The translations under genes and the position numbers were made by a program. From assembly GCA_002269645.1 (NCBI GenBank), contig NIVC01000692.1, positions 1 to 64,000 on the forward strand: a stretch of DNA of 64,000 nucleotides. Reading direction: 5' to 3'. This DNA is from Macrostomum lignano. Taxonomy: Eukaryota. The notes below the pieces were generated by a model. That model was not told where the DNA came from. It ran no database searches and saw nothing but the letters and a program-made list of their open reading frames with translations. Below, one piece after another: positions 44,501 through 56,483 of this stretch (position 1 is the first letter of the stretch; each line of letters begins with the position of its first letter).

Positions 44501-47500
44501 TCCGGCTCCACCAGGTCAGTATCTGAAGCTGCTCCACTATTAGCTGGCTGATCGACACGCTCTGCATCCGGCTCCACCTTGTCAGTATCTGAAGCTGCTG
44601 CACTATTAGCTGGCTGATCGACACGCTCTGCATCCGGCTCCACCAGGTAAGTGTCTGAAGCTGGTCCACTATTAGCTGGCTCTGCCTCCGGCTTCACCTT
44701 GTCAGCGTCTGAAGCTGCTGCACTATTAGCTGGCTGATCGACACGCTCTGCATCCGGCTCCACCAGGTCAGTATCTGAAGCTGCTCCACTATTAGCTGGC
44801 TGATCGACACGCTCTGCATCCGGCTCCACCTTTTCAGTATCTGAAGCTGCTCCACTATTAGCTGGCTGATCGACACGCTCTGCATCCGGCTCCACTAGGT
44901 CAGCGTCTGAAGCTGCTTCACTATTAGCTGGCTGATCGACACGCTCTGCATCCGGCTCCACCTTGTCAGTATCTGAAGCTGCTGCACTATTAGCTGGCTG
45001 ATCGACACGCTCTGCATCCGGCTCCACCTGGTCAGTGTCTGAAGCTGCTCCATTATTAGCTGGCTCTGCATCTGGCTCCACCAGGTCAGTATCTGAAGCT
45101 GGTCCACTATTAGCTGGCTCTGCATCTGGCTCCACCAGGTCAGTATCTGAAGCTGCTGCACTATTAGCTGGCTGATCGACACGCTCTGCATCCGGCTCCA
45201 CCAGGTCAGTGTCTGAAGCTGCTCCACTATTAGCTGGCTGATCGACACGCTCTGCCTCCGGCTCCACCAGGTCAGTATCTGAAGCTGCTCCACTATTAGC
45301 TGGCTGATCGACACGCTCTGCATCCGGCTCCACCTTGTCAGTATCTGAAGCTGCTGCACTATTAGCTGGCTGATCAACCCGCTCTGCATCCGGCTCCACC
45401 AGGTCAGTATCTGAAGCTGCTCCACTATTAGCTGGCTGATCGACACGCTCTGCATCCGGCTCCACCTTGTCAGTATCTGAAGCTGCTGCACTATTAGCTG
45501 GCTGATCGACACGCTCTGCATCCGGCTCCACCTGGTCAGTGTCTGAAGCTGCTCCATTATTAGCTGGCTCTGTATCCGGCTCCACCTGGTTAATACTTGA
45601 AGCTGCTGCACTATTAGCTGGCTGATCGACACGCTCTGCATCCGGCTCCACCTTGTCAGTATCTGAAGCTGCTCCACTATTAGCTGGCTGATCGACACGC
45701 TCTGCATCCGGCTCCACCTTTTCAGTATCTGAAGCTGCTCCACTATTAGCTGGCTGATCGACACGCTCTGCATCCGGCTCCACTAGGTCAGCGTCTGAAG
45801 CTGCTCCACTATTAGCTGGCTGATCGACACGCTCTGCATCCGGCTCCACCTTGTCAGTATCTGAAGCTGCTGCACTATTAACTGGCTGATCGACACGCTC
45901 TGCATCCGGCTCCACCTTGTCAGTATCTGAAGCTGCTGCACTATTAGCTGGCTCTGCATCTGGCTCCACCAGGTCAGTATCTGAAGCTGGTCCACTATTA
46001 GCTGGCTCTGCATCTGGCTCCACCAGGTCAGTATCTGAAGCTGCTGCACTATTAGCTGGCTGATCGACACGCTCTGCATCCGGCTCCACCAGGTCAGTGT
46101 CTGAAGCTGCTGCACTCTTAGCTGGCTGATCGACACGCTCAGCATCCGGCTCCACCAGGTCAGTATCTGAAGCTGCTCCACTATTAGCTGGCTGATCGAC
46201 ACGCTCTGCATCCGGCTCCACCTTGTCAGTATCTGAAGCTGCTGCACTATTAGCTGGCTGATCGACACGCTCTGCCTCCAGCTTCACCAGGTAAGTGTCT
46301 GAAGCTGGTCCACTATTAGCTGGCTCTGCCTCCGGCTTCACCTTGTCAGCGTCTGAAGCTGCTGCACTATTAGCTGGCTGATCGACACGCTCTGCATCCG
46401 GCTCCGCCAGGTCAGTGTCTGAAGCTGCTGCACTATTAGCTGGCTGATCGACACGCTCTGCCTCCGGCTCCACCTTGTCAGTATCTGAAGCTGCTCCACT
46501 ATTAGCTGGCTGATCGACACGCTCTGCATCCGGCTCCACCAGGTCAGTATCTGAAGCTGCTGCACTATTAGCTGGCTGATCGACACGCTCTGCCTCCAGC
46601 TCCACCAGGTAAGTGTCTGAAGCTGGTCCACTATTAGCTGGCTCTGCCTCTGGCTCCACCTTGTCAGCGTCTGAAGCTGCTGCACTATTAGCTGGCTGAT
46701 CGACACGCTCTGCATCCGGCTCCACCAGGTCAGTATCTGAAGCTGCTCCACTATTAGCTGGCTGATCGACACGCTCTGCATCCGGCTCCACCAGGTCAGT
46801 ATCTGAAGCTGCTGCACTATTAGCTGGCTGATCGACACGCTCTGCATCCGGCTCCACCAGGTCAGTGTCTGAAGCTGCTGCACTATTAGCTGGCTGATCG
46901 ACACGCTCTGCATCCGGCTCCACCAGGTCAGTATCTGAAGCTGCTGCACTATTAGCTGGCTGATCGACACGCTCTGCATCCGGCTCCACCTTGTCAGTAT
47001 CTGAAGCTGCTGCACTATTAGCTGGCTGATCGACACGCTCTGCATCCGGCTCCACCTGGTCAGTGTCTGAAGCTGCTCCATTATTAGCTGGCTCTGTATC
47101 CGGCTCCACCTGGTTAATACTTGAAGCTGCTGCACTATTAGCTGGCTGATCGACACGCTCTGCATCCGGCTCCACCTTGTCAGTATCTGAAGCTGCTGCA
47201 CTCTTAGCTGGCTGATCGACACGCTCTGCATCCGGCTCCACCTTTTCAGTATCTGAAGCTGCTCCACTATTAGCTGGCTGATCGACACGCTCTGCATCCG
47301 GCTCCACTAGGTCAGCGTCTGAAGCTGCTTCACTATTAGCTGGCTGATCGACACGCTCTGCATCCGGCTCCACCTTGTCAGTATCTGAAGCTGCTGCACT
47401 ATTAGCTGGCTGATCGACACGCTCTGCATCCGGCTCCACCTGGTCAGTGTCTGAAGCTGCTCCATTATTAGCTGGCTCTGCATCTGGCTCCACCAGGTCA

Positions 47501-50500
47501 GTATCTGAAGCTGGTCCACTATTAGCTGGCTCTGCATCTGGCTCCACCAGGTCAGTATCTGAAGCTGCTGCACTATTAGCTGGCTGATCGACACGCTCAG
47601 CATCCGGCTCCACCAGGTCAGTGTCTGAAGCTGCTGCACTCTTAGCTGGCTGATCGACACGCTCAGCATCCGGCTCCACCAGGTCAGTATCTGAAGCTGC
47701 TCCACTATTAGCTGGCTGATCGACACGCTCTGCATCCGGCTCCACCAGGTCAGTATCTGAAGCTGCTGCACTATTAGCTGGCTGATCGACACGCTCTGCA
47801 TCCGGCTCCACCTGGTCAGCGTCTGAAGCTGCTCCATTATTAGCTGGCTCTGCATCCGGCTCCACCTGGTTAATACTTGAAGCTGCTGCACTATTAGCTG
47901 GCTGATCGACACGCTCTGCATCTGGCTCCACCAGGTCAGTATCTGAAGCTGCTGCATTCTTAGCTGGCTGATCGACACGCTCAGCATCCGGCTCCACCTT
48001 GTCAGTATCTGAAGCTGCTGCACTATTAGCTGGCTGATCGACACGCTCTGCATCCGTCTCCACCTTGTCAGTGTCTGAAGCTGCTCCACTAGTAGCTGGC
48101 TGACCGACACGCTTTGAACCCGGCTCTACATGTTGAAAACCTGCAGGCGTTTTACTTTTCTTTAAAGTGAAATTCTCCTCATTCAGGCTTAAACCTTCAG
48201 TCTCTGAGGTAAGTTTTCTATCCTCAGTATCCTCCCTGAGAAAACATTCTGACATTAAAGTCGGAAGCTGTCGGAATGACAGATTATTTTCTTCAGCATC
48301 CTTACTGACTGAACCTTCGGTGTCTGATTTCAAAGTCTCTTCCTGACAGTCTATTCCCAGTGCTAGCGAAGTTTGGGCATTTAAAGCGGAAGTATTCGTC
48401 ATAGGGTCCATTACGCGCAAAACTTTCGTCTTTGAAGTCAGATTCACTTTCTCTGTGTCAATGACGCGTGGAAATTCGGTCTCTAATTCTTTTGAAATTT
48501 CTATCGCTGAAGTTTGAGCATCTTCTGCGGCGTCAATCAGGCTTGAACCTTTGGACTCAGGGGTTTTATTCAGTTCTTCGGCATCTTTGACGCGTAGAAC
48601 GTTGATACTTGATGTTGGAATTCTTCCATCTGCTGAACTCTGAACATCTGCTGTAATAGGAGACGTTTTCTTAGTGTTTATCATGCCTATACGCGAATTT
48701 TCAGCCGCTGACGTTGACTTCTGTTTCTTCGCGGTACTATTCATCACACATAAGTCCTCCGGCGTTTCTTTGGAATTTTCTACGTGTGATCTCTGAATCG
48801 GAATGTTTGAAGGATAGAGGCCTTCAGTCTCTGATGTCGGGGCTGAACCCGTAGTTTCCGATGCGTGAGAAATTTCGGTCTCTACAGTCGGTGTCTCATC
48901 TAGGCTTACTGAAAAATTATGCTCGTATAGGATTTTCATTCCAATTGTTTGAGAAACCGTCTCTAATGTTGGAGTCTCTTTCAAAGTGCCCGTCACGTAT
49001 AAATCTTGAGTCTGTGAAGCTGGACTCTCATCCTCTGTATCTTCTGCGTCGGTCCCAGACGCCAGATTCTCTTTCGTTCTGCTTACTACGGATGAATTTT
49101 CAGTCACTGAAATCAGTGATTCTTCGTCGGAGTCTATCACGCGTGAAACTTCGGCCTTTCGAGTAAGCGTCAGTTTCGCAATGTCATTCGCATTTAAAAT
49201 GCTCTCAAAAGTCGGCTTTTGTTTAGGGAAGCTCTGAATTTCGTGATTGCAACTTCTGGAAAGTGTTAAAGACGCCTTATCTGACGTGGGTCTGTCTTCA
49301 TCGATTACCTTAGCCTGTAAAGTTTGCGTCTCAAAAGTAGGAATTTCTTCGCAGCATTCGCCTACAGAAGCGAATTGGTTCTTAGAAGTCTGTTCATCTT
49401 CTACACTACCCTTAGTAGATGCTGGAGCTTCGATTTGTGAAACCTCTTTCAACACCGCGATTTTAGGAAACATCCGAGAAGGCAAAGTGGGCTCGTGCTC
49501 AACAGTGCCTCTAGTCTGTGGGGTGAAGATATCCTCTAAAGCGCTTTGCGTACGTAAAACATCCGACTGTAAGTTCGGCTCGCTTTCAACAGCACTGGCA
49601 AAAATGTCAGCTTCAAAAAATGACTCAACTTGCATCACAGCCTTCATGTGCGGAAGTTTAGTTTTACAAGCCTGAGACTCACTGACTGGTGAAACATTGG
49701 CCGAAAAATTTGGATTCTTCGCAACAAAACTAGCCAAAATTGAATGTTCAGCAATAGAGCTTCGCCTCTCTTCAACATTATCCATCACATGCGTATGTAA
49801 GTGAGAGGTCGGCTTCTCTTCTAAATCCCTCTTCGGCAATATGAGTTTGCTCCCAGCATTCGAGTCTCTTTCTTTCATATGTGAAACTTCTAATTCCAAA
49901 TTCGACTCACTGTACTTATCCTGGTAAGCTTTGGTCTCAGAAGCCAGCATTGCTCTCTGAACAAACTCTGTAGTTAAAACATCTGTCTCAGTAGTGGACG
50001 CACCTTTAATTATGCTTCCGTCTGAAGAGGCTTGGATTTCTGACGCCCAGTTGTTTTTCAATGTTGTCTTTGATGCTACAAGGGACTTTCTTGCTGAGTT
50101 CGGGGTTTCCTCCATGACATCCTGCACTTTGGACGCTTTAGCGTCAGGCAAGGGCACCTCTACAGCAATACCAGTTTCGAGTGATGCGATTTTCGCTCCT
50201 AAAGCTTGTCTGCCATCAACGATAGAATCGCAGTGCGAACTTTCAATCTTCGATATCGGTAGGTTCTCTTCAATACCTTCAACTGTGGCGGGGGCAGGTT
50301 CCGTCAAAGTCAGCTTTTCATCATTAGCCTCATTTAGAGAAGCCCCGGCTTGCGAAATAAGCCTGCTTTCAACCATAGCATTTTCGCTTGAAACTTGGCT
50401 TCGTGATAGCGACCCGTCTTTGGTAGTATTGCTACTAGTAGGAAAATCGTATTCCTCCCGATGCACTGCGGATGACAGGAAGCTTGTCCTCAGACTTTCA

Positions 50501-53444
50501 TCTCCAGCAAATTGGTCCACTTTACTAGTCAAATGGATACTCAAATTCAGTTTCGCACTATTATCAGCTTTGATTGCACAGGTTCCGCGTTTGTAGTTGC
50601 AACTACTTCTATCTTTATTTCCTTGATTGGAGGAGCAAAGCAGCTGTTCCAGCTGTTGTCTGTTGTTGGAGTTCGCACTGGCACTGCTGACACAATCGGT
50701 GACAGCATCAGAATCTCCACCGGGCTTAATCGAAACAATTGACCGGATTTCAGACGATTCTTCACTCGAAATCTCATCAAAGGTAGCAGCTTCGTATTTA
50801 ATTCTCTCCTCAGAATCAAAATACTTTGTGCTTGGAGCCAGTAGCAGACTCAGGTCAACGTCCGTTTGATGAGTGCTTGCAACTGATCGGCCAACTTTTG
50901 CACTAGAACCGAATAATGGTCAGAATCGTCATTAAGAACGGTCAAAAAGCCGTCCTCTGCCAACTCAACAGCATTTGAGTCTGTTGTGAGAACTTTCAGC
51001 TCCCTAGCTTTTGATATGCTTTCAATAACTTCCGCTCCTTTGCGAGACGATTGTTGGGTGAGATCAGTGGCTGCTACAAGCTCACCAACTCGGGGCTCTG
51101 TGGGAACTTCAGACTGGTTAGCAGACTTTGTCCCATTGGAAACTTGTAGAGTTGTTGGGTCCTTGTCAGCTGAACTGCTATGCGAAATCAAATCCACGAA
51201 TGAGGACACAACGGAACTAGCATCTTCAGGGATACTGGCCTGGGTGCAACTTCTGGCAGAATTTCCTGAACCAGGTCTTGATGCAGCTGAATTTGGTTCC
51301 ACTTCAACTCCATGCGGCTTTCCAATGAGCTCTTCTGGTTCGCTATAATCCAAAGCCTGTCTAGAAATTTCTAAATTCCTGCGCGCCTCCGCCTCATCAG
51401 AATTCGGTTTATCAATGTAAGCCGCCGCCGCACGTGCTTTGCTTTCGGTCAACTGGTTGGTTTTACCTGCAGCTTGAAGCGTCTCTTCCTGTATAAATAG
51501 GTCGTAGTTATTATATCGGTATGTAAATATCCTTCATTCAAGCTATTCATTTTACAACAATAAATATCATAAACGAATTACTCACTCGAATAATCTGGAG
51601 CAGACTTTTGATCGCGGTCTCGCCAAGGTACTCTTTGTTCAAATCGATTCGATTCCTGGCATTGCGAAAAATTCTGTTGGCAACGGCTTTTAGCTAAAAA
51701 AAATTTCGTAAGATTTTTTTTTCTTTGCTAGCTCTAAACTATCCTGACACGGTACAATTTGCCCATGCACTAACCATGACGGTTGCCTCCACTGGATTCG
51801 GTTCCAGCTCTGTTTCAGACAACAGATCCTCCAATCTGGCTGAAGTCCGCTCGTGCTCCTCTGCAGCAGAGTTCAAGAGTTCCAACAGTTTTCGCTGCGT
51901 TTCCATAGCAACCGAATAGGCCAGCTCCATCTAAAGACGAAACGGTAAAAGCACTACAGTCAAGTGCAGTTTGAGGGTTTTCGAAAAGACACAGTGTAAG
52001 AAGAACTAAAATTTAACGTCCTCAATCACCTGCTCTCCAGTTGCTTTCAGTTGAAACAGCAACTCGGTGGAATCGGCGCCAAACGCCGCTGACGAAGCCT
52101 CAGTCTGGCAGTCTGGCAGTCTGGCCAGCTGCTCAGAGAGGCGGCGACACTCCGACTCAAGCTCGGGTAGGCGCTCCGCCGCCTGATAGACTGACACCTG
52201 CAATTTCGGCCGGTGAAGATAATCAGTGAATTAGCGAGAACAAATGTGCCCTGTATGCATCTAGCGATCGTACTGGTGAGCATAAACAGACACATTAACA
52301 ATTTTTACTGAAGAGTCCGAGAATTGCCCCGAAAACTTTTCCCTGCAATTTCCCGCCTGAAAGGCTGAAAGGTAGTCATGCACTCACTGAAAAGCAGCTG
52401 GTTCCAAACAGCTTTCAGCATCAGTCACAGGGATCTGCGCCTCTGTAGATGGTGTCTCCTGTTACTGACACCCCACTGTTACTGGCAAGATACTTGAGGC
52501 AGGCCTGAAAGCTTCATAGACTTTCAGCCTCATAGCCCCGTTTGAAGACCATTAGGCATTTTCATGACGGTAAACATTTGGCACAACATTCCTCAATCTT
52601 GCCTGCATTATATTGTCAGCAAGATTCAAATTAACTACAGCCAAGATAATCGAGAGTTATTAAAGGATTTCGACGAAAATTCTTCAATCTCAACCAGTCC
52701 TAGTTAACTAGCCCAAGGTGTCAAGAACACCTGGTCAGTACACATCAACTTTCTAAAAAGTCCGCACTGAAAACTGCCTATTCTGCCTCTCCAGTATTGT
52801 GAATGCGAAGCACTTCATCAGCGAATGCCCCGCCTTTACTCGGAACAGACTAACTATATCGACCCGAACCCCGATCTCTCCTGTATTTTCAGACAGCTCG
52901 TCCGCTACCAAAGTGCTACTGGTCCGTAACATTGAGGACGGACACAGGCACTACCCGGATCTCCCTGCTGCATCCGAATCGGAGCCACTGCTGCTAGGGG
53001 TGGGTGGAATAGCATGGCTCTCCTAACCAACTGGCAGTTCTACTGTAAAATAACTGTTGCCGAGTGCGGAGCTACGGGGGCCTCAACGCACCTGGTCCAG
53101 CAGTAGTCGCAGTGAGCACTCCTGCTCAGCAACTTGGTCTCTCAGCATCTCGTTGCGCTGCATCAGGCCGGCAAGACCGCGCAGCAGGTCCGCACTCGGC
53201 AGGTCGGGGGCATCGACGCGCAGCCGCCCAAGTCGGCATTGCTCAGCTTCAACCGGCTTGAGTCGCTCTGTCAGCTGTTGAAGGCGCCGTTGAGCGCGCC
53301 AAGCGCCGCTGCGTAATTCAACGCCAAGTAGGCGCGCTTCTTCGGCCAGCTGGCTGACCGCTTCATCAATATTGGCACCAGAGTCCGCTGGCGCTTCCGC
53401 CATCAGGGAGAAGAGCCGTGCACAAGTGCTGGAGCTATTTATTG
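38580..53444 (-). CDS. Giant (~4,500 aa) protein: coiled-coil N-terminus with FKBP15/WAFL-like C-terminal helical motif, Ser/Thr/Glu-rich region, ~3,100 aa of acidic 18/22-aa repeats, short terminal exon
   Basis: Exons 53444-53092, 52197-52030, 51930-51775, 51693-51586, 51488-38746, 38639-38580; all downstream junctions GT-AG phase 0. One -1 frame discordance at ~50850-50915. ORF 38731-50544 is 3937 aa uninterrupted. LKAVANRIFRNARNRIDLNKEYLGETAIKSLLQIIREETLQ resembles FKBP15 VKKIMNQVFQSLRREFELEESYNGRTILGTIMNTIKMVTLQ (recalled sequence, not a computed alignment). Confidence 0.8.
38760..48110 (-). repeat. Coding tandem repeat: 66-bp (AASDTDLVEPDAERVDQPANSA) and 54-bp (AASDTDLVEPEAEPANSA) units with higher-order duplications
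   Basis: Units visible in the 3937 aa ORF; a diverged ~110 aa block (ERIDQLTKSV...VAGVDQV) occurs four times; by-product ORF coordinates repeat with 1857-bp and 669-bp offsets. Confidence 0.95.
52700..52960 (+). mobile_element. Possible degenerate 3' fragment of a non-LTR retrotransposon ORF2
   Basis: Reads CLFCLSSIVNAKHFISECPAF, a CxxC..H....C zinc-knuckle typical of LINE ORF2 C-termini; upstream frame broken. Confidence 0.35.
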
Positions 53445-55740
53445 CTGCAGAAATCAGTTATCAGAATCTAATTCTAATCGCAGATCTAAGAGTTGTTTTG
53501 TTCATTTTTCTGCTACACTCGTACTAACTCTTAACAATGAGAGTTAACTGCAGATTTAGAAGTGCCTTCTCTATTACCAAATAGAAAAATCATATATAGG
53601 ATTTTGAAGGCTTGAATTTGAACTGAGTTATAATAAGGCTAGTCTTCTTTTGATCTTTAATTATGTTGGCTTGCCCCATCCTGTGTTATAACTGTTTTAT
53701 AATAAAACTAGTTTCATTTATTTAAGAATCTCCAAAGCTTTAGGAAATCTAGTAACAAGATTTTATAGCATATTTGCTTCTACCACAACAATATTTTAAA
53801 AAATTGGCAAATCTAGCAAAACTAGCAAATTATATCATAAATAATGTTATTTAGTTAATATATCAAAATATTATATCTATCTATAATATAGATATAGATT
53901 ATATCTATCTTTATATACATATATAAAGATCATGTTTTTTATTTTGGAATATTGTAGAAATTAGTGATAATTTGGTAATAAAAGGCATGCTAAGTATTTA
54001 AATGATATATGCATTATCTTTCTATAAATACTTTGTAAGACAAAAATATTTTCTTTTATTATAAATATAAAGTTTGTTAACATTTCTATTCTATGATCTT
54101 TAAACAAAGTTTTAGATTATAGACTTTATATAAATTTTATTCCTAATATTTATTTATGACTTGGACTATGTTTAAATAAAATTACCATTTCCTATCAATT
54201 ACCATGTCAAGACTAATTAATAAATTCATGTTAAAATTTATAGCTGCTAGAAATGTTTCTTTAAATTAATAGAACCATTTATTTTTCTATTTTCTTAGCA
54301 GATGAAATGTAAACATACAATCTTGTATAGGACTTTGTTTCACATGTTTAAAAAATAAGGTTGAGTGTTAACATGTCCTATCCTAGCTTCTAGTTTAGAT
54401 TTTTTCTAAAAGCAACCATAGCTATCAATAAATAGATTAGTTTTTGTATATATAACTTAGTGAATATACCTAGGCTATAGTATAATCATATTTTTTTAAT
54501 GAATTGACTGATCGAATCGAAATTATTGATATACAAGACGAATGAAGTTTGTGACTTCTACTAGCGTAAAAATTTACCAAGTAAGGTTTTTAGAATTAAA
54601 ACAGTTGATTAGGGTAAATTGATTGATTTTATCCCATTATTAAGGAGAAAAAACATTGTTATAAAAGTCTAGGTTCACAGGCAACAGCATTATTTTATGA
54701 AATTCTAGACTTTCAATCAATCAAGCCATCTGTGAGCTGGAAACTTGGTGCTTCGCAGAAGTTTCTCAGAAAATATCGGTTTTAAGTTTGTACTCAATTC
54801 GAGGTCGATTGCCTGTTTTAACACAGAGTTTCTGCTACTGAAAGAAATTATGCTGTCCAAACACCGACTAAACTGTACTGTTAAAATTTCTTTGAAACAA
54901 ATTCTTTCCTAAATTCGAAGGCTATTTCCGAATCCCGTGTATGGTTTGGGGTTGACTAAATAAAAAAATATGAAGCAGTATACGAGACATCAGGCAAAGC
55001 AGAAGGCGAGGATCAAGGACTTCTAGACTAATGGTCCGATCTTTGGTCCTACAATATGTAGATACACCATTAAAGAGTTTGCTACCACTCAGTAGAGTTA
55101 CACCTCAAAAGGTTTTGTTGACAGGCTTTATCTTTTTACTTCAAGTTAATTGCTAGCTCCCTTGACCCATTATACGAGCGTATTTATGCTAATTTATCAG
55201 CTTTCTTTCACACCATATATCACAATTTGAGATTATAACATCCGGGTTCCGATCTCTCCCAGCTTTCTAAGCCTTTATGGATTCATGACGCTTGGTTCTC
55301 CACATAATACATATTAGTCTGTCGGCAATTTCGAATGCCACACAAACATTTGAGCAAGCTGACGGGCAAATAATCCGCAGTTAATTACATCAATATAATA
55401 CTTCCTTCTTTGACTGGAAATACTTAAAAAAGACTCTGAAGAGAGGCAACTTTAAAGAAAGTTTAGGTTGAAATGAAATACAATGGCCATGGGACTTGTG
55501 GGTAACTCTGTGTGATGGTGTACATATAAAAAATGAAGTAGCTAAGCTGGACAATTTAAAGATCTGGAACAATCCGCACCGTGAATGCAGCCTACAATAC
55601 GAATGCAAAACGATATCAGAAGCAAGGTCGAGTGCAATGTAGTTGCACCTGGCTGCTCACCTGGAGTTTACTTAAACCTGATTGGAATTAGCTAGGACAA
55701 TTATTATTATTATTATTATTATTATTTATATTATTACATT

Positions 55741-56006
55741 CGGTGCAGGAGGTGCTGTTGCTCACGCTGCAGACACCCTACCGGAGGGGGCAGGCGCGCA
55801 CTCGGCGTTTCGTCGACTGCCTGCTGGCTAGCTGATGCCGGCGCCCCGGACATTGCCGGCGCCCCGGACATTGCCGGCGCCCCGGACATTGCCGGCGCCC
55901 CGGACATTGCCGGTGGTGCGGCCTACGTTCGCGCCTAGGGCCCTGAAACGCGCCCTGTGACGTCTCTCGTTTGACTGGCTGACAACGTATTTTGTTGTTG
56001 TGTTGT
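55741..56006 (+). mobile_element. Severely 5'-truncated RTE-clade LINE, 3' end (same family as 59891-60644)
   Basis: Translates VQEVLLLTLQTPYRRGQARTRRFVDCLL..AGAPDI..RALKRAL*, then cgtattttgttgttg tail, matching the 60410-60644 copy; internal 18-bp unit (ccggcgccccggacattg) expanded x4; sits next to a (TTA)n run. Confidence 0.75.
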
Positions 56007-56483
56007 AGAATTATTAAGCAAGAATTGCAATTTTTCCCACTGTCTACAAATAGTTTAAGGATCATTTAATTTATTTGGAAATATTTCACCTCTAGTTGAC
56101 TTTTGACTTGTTTGTGTACACTCGCATCACGGGGGGTCAAGGTGCCTATTGTCATGATGCCGATCCGATGCCTGATTATAGTCAATGCACTTAAAAAATT
56201 GATGAACTTTTAAAGCATTCGAAAACGTTTTTGCGCACGGGACAAAGCCAAGCCAATAGCTATTTTTAGGCTTGAACCAATGCCGTAGACAAAATTTCTG
56301 CTTTGATCTACGCAGCTCAGTCTCAAGTCGTCGTCTATGGATATTGGCATATTCTACTAGTGTTCTTACAAGTACAGTGCTGAGTTTTTCTATATCGCCG
56401 TGCAGAGAATCAAACACTAGTTACTCAATTATATTTGTTCCCAAAGCTATATCCAGGCGATATAGTGCGGACGCTCTAAAGCC

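Noticed and set aside
53850-53935. AT-rich short palindromes and hairpins
   Set aside because: Expected by chance in ~80% AT low-complexity sequence; no TIR/TSD pair found.
56127-56417. 96-aa minus-strand ORF upstream of the kinase
   Set aside because: GTG-initiated, no motifs, no clear splice sites linking it to the giant gene.
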